Assembly (NCBI RefSeq): GCF_030684315.1
Contig: NC_081394.1
Coordinates: 17,032,658 to 17,096,657, forward strand
Reading direction: 5' to 3'
DNA: 64,000 nucleotides
DNA from: Stegostoma tigrinum
Lineage: Eukaryota
Shown here: in pieces, positions 50,566-61,194 of the stretch
Numbering within the stretch: the first letter of the stretch is position 1
Layout: each line of letters starts with the position of its first letter
The notes under the pieces: model-generated
Seen by the model: the letters and a program-made list of their open reading frames with translations, nothing else
What the model was told of the DNA's origin: nothing
The model's database searches: none
Program-made: the position numbers and the translations under genes

Positions 50566-51584
50566 TTAAAGTATTTAAAATTTTTAATGCTTATCAAAGT
50601 ATACCTGCCTGTTTCTGACATAGACAGTCTCTGTTATAACATGTCTTGGGACAGTGGGTACATTTGGGACTTATTTTAAATCAGTGTGTGTTTCCTTGCA
50701 TTTGTGTGTTAGGCATTCACTTTACTTAATTGTTGCATCTATGTACATGACAACTTTTCATTAAAAGATAATTTCTCTGTTTTATTATCCACTTTGGTGA
50801 TTTGTCCTGTCTGTCAGCATTGTTTCCTTCCGTTTTGATGTTTAACATCCACCTCATAAGGTTGTTTAAACTTTGTAACAGCATGGTGTATTTGTTTACG
50901 TGGTTTGTAACTGAAAAATGCATGTATTCAATGTAGGTTTACTGCTCATCCAAGTATCTATTCAGATGAGGATTCAGATGTGAATGTCGATGGTCTATGA
51001 ATAATGAAGTTTACTGGAACTGAGGTGGTGTGCATTGTCAATAAAGAGAAAATAAAACTTGTATTTCCTGTTTGGTACTTGACTCTGAAGTTTAAAAACT
51101 TATCTCCCTGGAAATTGAGCTCAATTGGTTTCTGACTCATTTGGCTCTGTGACTGTGGAAAGGATGTTCTCCATTCTGGCAATGGTACAGACCTACTGTT
51201 TATTTGAAGGAAGTGGTCACAGTTGGCTTTGTCCCAGGAAATATTACATTGTCTTGGTCCTGGAGGAAGACAGAAGAGATATATCCTCTAAAATCAACAT
51301 CAGCCAAGTTTGACAATATTAACTCAATGTTTCTTTTTCTTGAAAGCCAACAATAGAAAAAAACCATGGATCTGATTCCATTCTTGCCCTTAGCTCTCCT
51401 CATCTGGTGCCTGTTTTGTTTTATATAATTCTATATGAATTGAATGAGACCCAGAAACTGGATAACAATTCCACAGTTGCACGAATAAGACTATCTGAAA
51501 TAAACAGAATGCTTACACAGTTCCTAATCCAGCTCCTAATCCACTATTAAAAAGCAGGACAACGGATGCTATTTCTAATGTTTT

Positions 51585-53670
51585 AGAACATAGAATAGTA
51601 CAACACAGTACAGGCCCTTCGGCCCAAGATGTTGTGCTGAACTTAAGGTCTATCTAACCTCCACTGCTAACTTATACTATCATCCACATGCCTACCTAAC
51701 AGCAGCTTAAAATGCTCCTAATGAGGCCAGCTCCATGCCCCTAGCACTCTGAGTAAAGAACCTACCTCTGACATCTCCCCGATATCTGCCTCCTTTACTT
51801 TAAGACTACGTCTCCTCGTAAAAGCTACCTCCACTCTAGGAAACAGTTTCTGGCTGTCTGTCTATACTTCTGATCATTTTGTACACCTCTATCAAGTCAC
51901 CCCCTCATCCTTCATTGCTCTAAAGAGAAAGCCCTAGCCCTCTCAACATTTCATCGTAAGAACTTCCCTCCATTCCAGGCAACATCCTGGTAAATTTCCT
52001 CTTCACCTTTTCTAACGCTTCTACATCTTTCCTGTAATGAGGTGAACAGAACTGGACACAATACTTCAGACGTGGCTGAACCAGGCTTTTGTATAGCTGG
52101 AGCATAAATTCATGGCTCTTGAACTCAATCCGTCTATTAGCGAAAGCTAACACACCATACATCTTCTTAACAACTCTATCCACCTGGCTGGCAGCTCTCA
52201 GGGAACTGTGAACATTAACCCCAAGATCCCTCTGCTGCTCCACACAGACAAGAATCTTTCCAATAACCCTGTATTTTGCTTTCAAGTTTGTCCTTTCAAA
52301 ATGAATCACCTCACACTTTTCAGGGTTAAACTCCATCTGCCACTTCTCAGCCCAACTCTGCATCCCTATCAATGTCCCTTTGTAACCGAGAACAGCCCTC
52401 TGCATCGTCCACAACATGACCCACCTTCATATAGTCCGCGAACTTGCTAATCCACCCTTCCACTCCTTCATCCAAATCTTTTACAAAAATCACTGCCACC
52501 CTTTGTCTTCTAAAGGGTCAGCCAATTCTGAAGCCAATCTGCCACATTTCTCCCTATCCCATGCCTTCCTTACCTTCTGCATGAGCTTACCATGGGGAAC
52601 CTTGTCAAATGCCTTATTTAAATCCATGTATACCACATCCACTGCTCCACCTTCATCCACGTTAGATCACCTCTTCAAAGAATTTAATAAGGTTTGTGAG
52701 GCAGGATCTACACCTCACAAATCCATGCTGAATATCACGAATCAAACTATGCCTGTCCAAGCGATCATACATTCTGTCTCTCAGAGCCCTTTCCAATAAT
52801 TTGCCCACCACTGACCGAAGACTAACTGGCCTGTAAGTTCCAGGGTTATCCCTGTTCCCTTTTTTGAACGAGGTAATGGATGTTTGCCTCTTTCCAATCT
52901 TCTTACACTATACCCGTGGACAATGAGCATGAAAAGATCATCGCCAAAGGTCCTGCGATCTTGTCCCTCGCTTCCCATAGAATCCTTGGATAAATCCCTT
53001 CAAGCCCAGGGGACTTATCTATCTTCAACTTCCTCAATTCCTAGACATCTTCTTTGCTAACATCAACCTCCCCTAGCCTACCTGCCTGTTTCACAACATC
53101 CTCCTCTACAACTAGGCCCCTCTCAGTTGTGAATACTGAAGAAAAGCATTCATCAAGAATCTCCTATCTCTTTAGCCTCTGTGCACAAATTCCCTTTACA
53201 ATCCTTGATCTGCCCTACACTTTCTCTGGTCATTCTCTTGTTCTGCACATAAGTGTAAAAAAGCCTTGGAGTTTTCCTTGATTCTGTCTGCCAAGGTTTT
53301 CTCATGCCCCCTTACAGCCCTTTCTTCAGCTCCTCTCTGGCTAACTTTCCGTTCCTCTTTTCCTAAATTGTCATAAGCCTCCTTCTTCCTCTTAATCAGT
53401 TGTTTGAGCTCTCTTGAGAATCATGGCTCCCTCACTCTTCTCTGCCTGCTGGGGACAAGCATATCAGGGACATTCAGTATGTGTTTCTTAAACAATCTCC
53501 ACATTTCTGCGGAGCTTTTCCCTGACAGCATCTGTTTCCAGTCTATGTTACCCAGTTCTTGCCTACCTGAATTGTAATTACCCTTCCCCCCAAAAATAAA
53601 CTTTACCCTGCCGTATATACCTATCCTTATCCATGACTATCGTGAAAGAAACAGAGTTATGATCGCTAAA
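51585..53670 (-). mobile_element. 5'-truncated CR1 LINE, decayed
   Basis: ORF 51920-52417 QSWAEKWQMEFNPEKCEV...; tail TAGAACATAGAATAGTACAACACAGTACAGGCCCTTCGGCCC. Confidence 0.9.
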
Positions 53671-53799
53671 TAATTGTTTCGTTTTACTCGAAACTATTAC
53701 TTTAATGCCTCCAATGCATGTCCGTTACAGGACTGTCACGGTTCATCATTTACTACACAATGCCAACAAACAGCTTGAACAGAAACTGCACAGTGAATT

Positions 53800-54260
53800 T
53801 TCTTCCGTCTCCGGAGGATTGAAAACCAAAGCAGCCGCTTCCCGCGGTATATCCCTGAGCAGCCCACACACAGCCCGAGAAAGGCCTCACTCTTACCCAA
53901 CCGCAGGCCGCTTACTTCCAGCTCCCGGATCAGCTCCTGCTCCGCTCGGCCTCTTCCAAACGGCCCCCGGTTCCTCCTGAACGGAGCCCGAACGCGGAAA
54001 CCACCCTCGATATCCCAGGCTCACTTCTCAATGAGTTGCCGGAAGGAACCACGCTTCCCTGAGCGCCGGTCTTTCCCTTGCGCCCTCACTAAGCAAATTA
54101 CTGCGCGGATGAGACGGACTTAACGCATGCGCTCCTCTCGACAGAGCCAAGCAGCATTTGAGGGGTGCTTTGGAGGAGGAGTGTCGCGCATGCGCTACTT
54201 TCCGCAATAGTGCCCCAGAAACAACCATCAATTGCTCATTACCCAATTCTCTTCTCTTCC
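53800..54260 (-). promoter_or_regulatory. CpG-island promoter and putative first exon (minus strand)
   Basis: Two NRF1-like palindromes CGCATGCG (about 54124 and 54187); minus-strand donor-like GG|GTAAGAGTGAG at about 53897. Confidence 0.5.
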
Positions 54261-54719
54261 AGTTTGAGCAAAGGAACTGGGGCTGTGGGGGAAAGTGCAG
54301 AGATTGTTTCAAACAGGGGCATTACCCCTTTATGAAGTTCTAATGGAGTTCATTCCCGGGTCACTGTAGTAATTCCCTCCCTCGGGCTCTCTGCAGAATC
54401 CGGTGAGGAATCGGAAACGCTGACGGCCATTCGGCTCTTCAATACATCTTCCCCCAATCAATAACGTAATTGATCCACTAAAATCCACCATAATCATTCA
54501 ATCCTCCCGACATTCAATCTGTAAATATTAGCTCCTTGTCGGAAGTAACATGCAGGGAGATGGAATAAAACGGACATTCTTACGAAGGCAGAATGTAGCC
54601 AATGGAGGAAAACTTGTAGTGCAGTGGTACTGTCCCTAACTCTAGGTCGAGGCAGCGGTTGTTAGTGGATGTGGTGCCAATCAAACAGGGGCGGCTTTTT
54701 CCTGAATTCCTCAGCCGTT

Positions 54720-55130
54720 ATTGGAGCAGCACCATCACACTTGTGACTTGGGCCTTGACAATGAGAGACGAACTTTGGACAGTCAGGAGGAGAGTTAATC
54801 GCTGTAGTGATCCTGGCCTTTGACCTGCTCTTTTAGTCACTCTATCGATGTGGCGAATCCAAACGTCAGCCTTCCTGCTCCGATGCTGCTTGGCCTGCAG
54901 TGTTCATCCAGCTCTGCACCTTTTTATTTCCTCCCAGGATGTTAATAGTTAGGGATTCAGTAATGCCAAGGTCAAGGAGTTGTGGCTAGATTGTCTCTTG
55001 TTGGATATGGGCAATGCCAGTTACTTCTGTTATGGTAATAGCACCTGTTGTTTTGTAGCCTAAGCAGACCATGTCCAAATTCAACATCTTGTTGAAATTG
55101 GACATGGTCTGCTTTAGTATACTGGTGCAC
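54720..55130 (-). mobile_element. Decayed LINE fragment carrying a short PLE tail (about 54861-54930, +)
   Basis: AAACGTCAGCCTTCCTGCTCC...CATCCAGCTCTGCACC insert within LINE-like sequence. Confidence 0.5.
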
Positions 55131-56221
55131 TACCAGACCAATTAATGATATATTACGCTATAATGTTGTAGACTCCGGTCTACATTGATAACGATTGATG
55201 CACAATGCCACGGCCCAATTACAATTTGCTTACTGCGACCCCAGCCTCACCCCATCATGGTGCTGTATCGATTGTTGTGAATGATATGGCTAACAGAATA
55301 GGACATGTAACTAACCCTGTAATCAATCCTCCGTCTGACAAAACACCCGTTCGTCTCGAAGTTACCGTATTTCCTGTTGAAAAACTCCACAATCCGTGTG
55401 TTTCCTGTTTAACTGCTTATCTCTGGTTATTCAGATTCAGTTTTAGTTGGATGCTCGGCCGGAATGGTAATGGATAGCAACAGGAGGGTAGAAGGGCTGA
55501 ATGGTTTATGCCAATTCCTATTTTCAGTGTTTCTATGACTGTTATTTCCCGGAACATGTATTGAGTATTTTCACCTGAATGATAAATACTGATATGGGCG
55601 ATCAATATAACTTCAAACCAGATGATTGGCTCTTGAGGATGAATCTGGAAAACAGCGAATTTCGGCGCATAGCCTTCAAAGAATTTAACAATAACTAAGT
55701 AAAAAAAAGTCTACAAACTCCTCAGCCACGAGAGCAAAGGCTGAAAGAAAGCGAAATTCTATCTTTCCACATTTACATTTAGTGATATTTCTGGCCTGTG
55801 AATGTGTGAATGTGAATATTGTGCAAGAGACTGCTGGAGAAGGGCGGGCGGGTAAATCTAACGTAACTGTGTTTGTGTGGCCGTTCGTATCCTGGAATTT
55901 CCGAATTCCTCTTGTGCAAGTCAAAAAGGTTTTCCACCGAAGTTAGCCCGCTGCTTCCCTACTAAACCCCAAAGGTAGAATTCAAGGCAATATATTTGTT
56001 GTTTTCAAGATTTCAGTCCAAAAGTAGCGACAATGTCAACTCTCAGCTCAGAGAGCGCGATCAGTACAGCTGCAAAATGTGTTTATTTCGTAAACGGAGC
56101 CAATAATTCAAGCGAAAACGTTTCGGCCGCAAACCTTCCGGTGTCAGGAAAAGAAAAATCTATCCTGAGATATTTGGAGATGCCGAATTTGGTAGGAATT
56201 GGAGAGTTTCGACCGTGAGAG

Positions 56222-56228
56222 AAACACA
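56222..56228 (+). promoter_or_regulatory. H1-specific AC box
   Basis: AAACACA about 150 bp upstream of the H1 ATG, followed by GAGGGAGG. Confidence 0.65.
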
Positions 56229-56369
56229 GAGAAGCAGCAGGAGTTGTGAGCTGAGGGAGGTTGTCTCCGTGCCGTCCGCTCGCAGCCTTTAAGTTGCTCA
56301 GTGCCGCCACCAACAGCTTCATTGCGGACCCAGTTCAGACTGACTCAGAGATTCAGCGCTGTTATCGAC

Positions 56370-56987
56370 ATGAGCGACACGACTGCTGCCGAAACGGCTC
56401 CTCTAGCCTCCGGACCCACCATTGCCAAGAAGACTGTCAAAAAGAAGAAGGCGGCGGGTCCCAGGAAAAAATCAACCTGTCCCGGGTTGGGCGAGCGGCT
56501 TCTGAAGATTGTCGGGGAGCCCAACGATCGCAAGGGGAAAAGCCTGTGTACTATAACGAAAGCGCTGGCTGAAGGCGGGGTCGATGTGGTGAAGCAGAAA
56601 TCGCACATCAAGTTGAGTACCAAGAGGAGTGTGGCGAAAGGCTTCCTGGTTCAGGCCAAGGGCTACTTTAAACTCGCTAAGAATCCAGTCAAGGCAAAAG
56701 TTGGAAAGAAGGCGAAACCAGCAGCCGCCAAGAAACCAGCCGCGAAGAAAACAACGGCCAAGAAGGTGACAGCGAAGAAATCCCCAGCCAAGAAAGTCAC
56801 AGGCAAGAAAGCGGCCGCCAGGAAGGCAGCAACACCGAAGAAAGCGGCGAAGAAAGCAGCGCCTAAGAAAAAGACTCCCGCGAAGGCGTTGAAAAAGACC
56901 AAGAGTCTCAAGGCCGCAAAACCCGTCACGAAACCGAGTAAACCGAAGGCAAAGGCGAAAGTGACAAAGAAATCGGCAAAGAAATGA
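56370..56987 (+). CDS. H1: Linker histone H1, open 205-aa ORF with divergent globular domain
   Basis: MSDTTAAETAP N-terminus; globular domain DRKGKSLCTITKALAEGGVDV...KGFLVQAKGYFKL; Lys/Ala/Pro tail with SPAK, TPKK and TPAK motifs. Confidence 0.9.
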   Translation: MSDTTAAETAPLASGPTIAKKTVKKKKAAGPRKKSTCPGLGERLLKIVGEPNDRKGKSLCTITKALAEGGVDVVKQKSHIKLSTKRSVAKGFLVQAKGYFKLAKNPVKAKVGKKAKPAAAKKPAAKKTTAKKVTAKKSPAKKVTGKKAAARKAATPKKAAKKAAPKKKTPAKALKKTKSLKAAKPVTKPSKPKAKAKVTKKSAKK

Positions 56988-57023
56988 ACCAGTCGGTGCA
57001 GCATGTAACCAGCTCAATCCAAA

Positions 57024-57064
57024 GGCTCTTCTCAACGCCACCCACTTCTCTCAGGGATGAGCTG
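57024..57064 (+). terminator. Damaged H1 stem-loop and downstream element
   Basis: CCAAA-GGCTCT-TCTC-AACGCC-ACCCA (two stem mismatches); GATGAGCTG. Confidence 0.8.
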
Positions 57065-57347
57065 AGCCAAGATCTAATTGATCACAGTCCCGGCTCGGAG
57101 TGCGCACATACCTTAGATATTAATTGATGGGAAGCTGCAGTGATCTAAATCCAGCCCCTCTCCCATACTCAGAATAAATCAGTGTGAGGTCCCGCTGTCA
57201 CTGAGACTTACCGCCGGTTCGGGTGCAGCTTCAATTCATGTCTTTTTCGTTTTCACATAGTCAGGGAGAGAGTCTCTCAGAAAGTAACTCTGGCGCAGAA
57301 ACCCGGCTCCACAATACAATCTCCAAGAAATTACTTTGTCCAATTCA

Positions 57348-57590
57348 GCGGGAGGTGTAGAAGCGCGTGTCGGGCTTGATCTACGAGGAGAGCCGCGGGG
57401 TGCTGAAGGTTTTCCCGGGGAATGTGATCAGGGATGCCGGTCACCTGCACTGAACACGCCAAGCGCAAGACGGTCACTTGCATGGATGTGGTGTACGCTC
57501 TGAAGCGCCGGGGCTGCACTCTACATGAATTCGGCGTCTGAACAAATCGACCCTTTTCCAGCCAAACCAAACGCTCTTTGCAGAGCCAAC
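57348..57590 (+). pseudogene. H4: 5'-truncated histone H4 pseudogene (copy 2) with damaged stem-loop
   Basis: [18 protein letters not shown]...[29 protein letters not shown] (stop at 57541); CGCTCTTTGCAGAGCC. Confidence 0.9.
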
Positions 57591-58879
57591 CAAACCCTCC
57601 TATTGCGAGCTGACACCTGAGAATGGGGAAGACAGAACACAAGGGAGGGTATAATGTCCTGCAGCTGGCTGTTTCATCTGTAATACATCACATCGCAACT
57701 TGTAATTTTGCACAGTTACTAATGTTACATATTGCAATATTTGTGTTTTATCGACCCTTCCAGGAATGTTACTTTGTTCAGTTATGATTCTGGCTCCCCT
57801 GTGGATGTTTTAATGGCTTGTTCTTCCCATCTGCCTGTTACACATAGCGCAGGCAGCAATTACAAATTGTGTTCGGCGTCAGTATAATCTGATTGAAATA
57901 AAAATGTACGAATGATGTGAGCTTCTGTGACTTTATCAGCGGATACTGCATTAGTATTTAAGATGTTTAGATCGGCGGGGTTGTTTAGATTGATTAAAGG
58001 AAATTATACGCTCGGTTGTTCAGTTTGTCTGGGCTGTTTTAAAACCCACACATTTCCCCTGCCTTTTACAGAGAAGATCAAGCAATTTAATCTCAGTACT
58101 TGTTGAAATTGACAAACTTGTCATTTCATGTGTATCAATCAGCCTGCAGGAATTATTTTCCAGGCTTTTTCTGAAACTTCCGGGGCTGTTTCTTTGAGGG
58201 TTGAGGGACAAGTGTATCCAATGAGGGAGAAGTGTATCCAATCCCAACTCTAGGGTGGGCTCTCCATTCTTTCGAACAGGCAGCACCACAGTCGCATCAG
58301 TTTGTCTGAGCTGCTGAGAAACCCACACATTACCCGTGCCTTTTACAGACAGACCAAGCAATAATCCCAAGCCCTGTCGGCGCTGATCGAAGTCTTTTCT
58401 TTTGAAAAAAAAAGTCCCACACAGTATAACATATTGTCACTGTTGCAGGCGGACTGTGTTTTACGTTTTAACATGTAATTCAATTGCAGGAATTGTGACA
58501 GTGAATTTTGCAGATTTATTGAAATTACCGAACTGTCATGTCAAGGTAATCAGTCAGTTTCCAAGAATTGTGTTTCAGGTCTTTGTGAACCTTCCGGAGC
58601 AGCTTGTTTGTGGGTTGAGGGACGGGGGTGCATACAATCCCAGCTCTAGGGTGGACTCTCCATTCTCTTAAACAAACAGCACAACAGGAATATCAGCATT
58701 GACAGCAGGTGTGTGCCTGTGTGTGTGAGAGAGAGAGATACAGAGGGAGTCGAGTACTTCAATTATGTTTAAAGTATTGGGAAAGATCTGTAGATCGGAT
58801 TATGGACGAGATTGTTGACTTGGTCGCCGAGGGGGCTTGTTTTTGCTCATGAAAAGCTCGGCGAGCAGTCAACAATCTC

Positions 58880-60542
58880 AGGGATAATAGGAACTGCAGA
58901 TGCTGGAGAATCCGAGATAAAAAAAGTGTTGAACTGGATGAACACACCAGGCCAAGCAGCATCTCAGAAGCACAAAAGCTGACGTTTCAGGCCTAGACCC
59001 TTTATCAGAAATGGGGGAGGGGGAGGGTGTTCTGAAATAAATTGGGGGAGAGGGGGAGGCGGATCGATGATGGATAGAGGAAAAGATAGGTGGAGAGGGA
59101 ACAGACAAGTTAAAGGGGCGGGGATGGAGACAGTAAAGGTGAGTGTAGGTGGGGAGTTAAGGAGGAGATAGGTCAGTCCAGGGAGGACGGACAGGTCAAG
59201 GGGAAAGAATGAGGTATGAGGAAGGAAGTGGTGGTGCGGCTTGAAGTGGAAGGAGGGTATAGGTGAGAGGATGAACAGGTTAGGGACGAGGGGACGAGGT
59301 GGGCTGGTTTTGGGATGCAGTGGGCGAAGAGGAGATTTTGAAGCTTGTGAAATCCACATTGATACCATTGGGCTGCAGGGTTCCCAAGTGGAATATGAGT
59401 TGCAGTTCCTGCAACCTTCGGCAGATATCGTTGTGGCACAGCAGGAGACTCAGGATGGACTAAGGAATGGGAGGGGGAGATGAAATGGTTCACGATTGGG
59501 AGGTGCAGTTGTTTATTACGGACTGAGTGTAGGTGTTCTGCAAAGCGGCCGCCAAGCCTCCGCTTGGTTTCCCCGATGTAGAGGAGGCCACAACGGGTAC
59601 AGCCGATGTAGTATGCCATACTGGCAGATGTGCAGGTGAACATCTGCTCGACGTGGAAAGTCCTCTTGTGGCCTAGGATGGGGGATGAGGGAGGAGGTGT
59701 TGGGGCAGGTGTAACACTTCCTGCCGTTGCAGGGGAAAGTGCCCGGTGTGGTGGGGCTGGAGGGGAGTGTGGAGCTGACAAGGGAGTCTCCGAGAGAGTG
59801 GTCCCTTTGCAAAGCAGACAAGGGTGGGGGGAGGTAGAAAAATGTCTTTGGTCAGATTGCAGATGGCGGAAGTGTCGGAGGTTGATATGTTGGATCCGGA
59901 GGTTGGTGAGATGACACGTGAGGATGTGCGGGATTCTCTTTTGGTGATGATTGCGGGGATGGGGTGTGAGGGATGAGATTGCGGGAAATGTGGGAGACAT
60001 GGTCAAGGGCGTTCTCGACCACTGTGGGGGGGTTGTAGCGGTCCTTGAAAAGCAAGAACATCTGAGATGTACGGGAGTGGAATGCCTCATCCTGGGAGCA
60101 CACGTGGCAGTCGCGAAGGAATTGGGAATACGGGATGGCATTTTTGTAGGAAGGTGTCTGTAGGAATTGGGAGGAATCTAAAGAGAAGTTGTTGATGGTG
60201 AGGACGAGTTTGACTAGGCAGATAGGGTGTCAGTGGAGGGGGACTGGTCAGGCCTCCCGGTCAGTAAGAAGCATCTGTATGGGGAATGCAGGTGTATCGG
60301 GACTGGACTTCCATCGTAAAAATGAGGGGTTGGGGCCCAGGGAATTGGAAGTTCCGGAGGAATTGGAAGGCGTGGGTGGTGTCACGGATGTAGGTAGGGA
60401 GTTCCTGGACAAAGGGGTAGAAAATGGAGTCCAGATAGCTGGAGATGAGTTCAGTGGGGCAGGAGCAGGTGGAGACAAAGGGTCAACCAGGGCAGGCAGG
60501 TTTGTGGATTTTGGGAAGGAGATAGAAGCGGGCGGTGTGGGG
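58880..60542 (-). mobile_element. Penelope-like element with internal deletion (RT N-terminal motifs, GIY-YIG, tail)
   Basis: Minus translation ARFYLLPKIHKP...PTELISSYLD...LPTYIRDT...FTMEVQS; CTRCGLLYIGETKRRLGGRFAEH; tail motif CTGATAAAGGGTCTAGGCCTGAAACGTC at 58981-59008. Confidence 0.9.
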
Positions 60543-61194
60543 TTTCTAACACTTTGTTATCGACAACCTCACTTCGGTTACGTTCTGGATTACTGTTCAA
60601 AATCTCAATGCGTGCAGAAGATTATAAATTCACTGTAAAATTCCTCTCTGTTCATTGTCTCTCGACGTTACCCCAGCTGTAGCTATCGGTATTCACTGTT
60701 AGAAGGGGGTTGCGGTGGGAAAAAATCTCGCTAAATTATTTACCGCTTCCTTCCTAATTCGAAAAGCCTGCCACTATGTAGAAAGGAGGACGAAGTTTTA
60801 CAAAGAAGAATGTGTTGGTACTAAGTAGTTGATTTGGTTTTAGATTACAAAAGTACAGTTCACACAATCCCTCATTCCATCGTCCATTTCGGGCGATCCT
60901 ATTCGGAGGGTCGGTTCAGACCAAATGGTCAAAATGCTCTCTTTCTGCTGTGCACAGATTCCATAAATTTTCTTCCCGCTGACATGGGGAAACAGTCACC
61001 AGACAATATTTTTAAGTCGCCCTCCTTTCTTCCAAATTTACACCGCATTAACTATTCCACTCTGATTCTGTTTTATTTCAGTTCAGTTTGAAAGCTTGAA
61101 ACCGGCAACGGAAATCCTCACATATAGCATTCTGCAACCGGACAGAACTCGTGTGGTGTTTTGGAAATTGAGAAGTAACAATATGCGCAATATA

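Noticed and set aside
56345-57041. Antisense ORFs over H1 (189, 113 and 92 aa) and over H2B (198 aa)
   Set aside because: Shadows of GC-rich, Lys/Ala-biased histone codons; no independent signals
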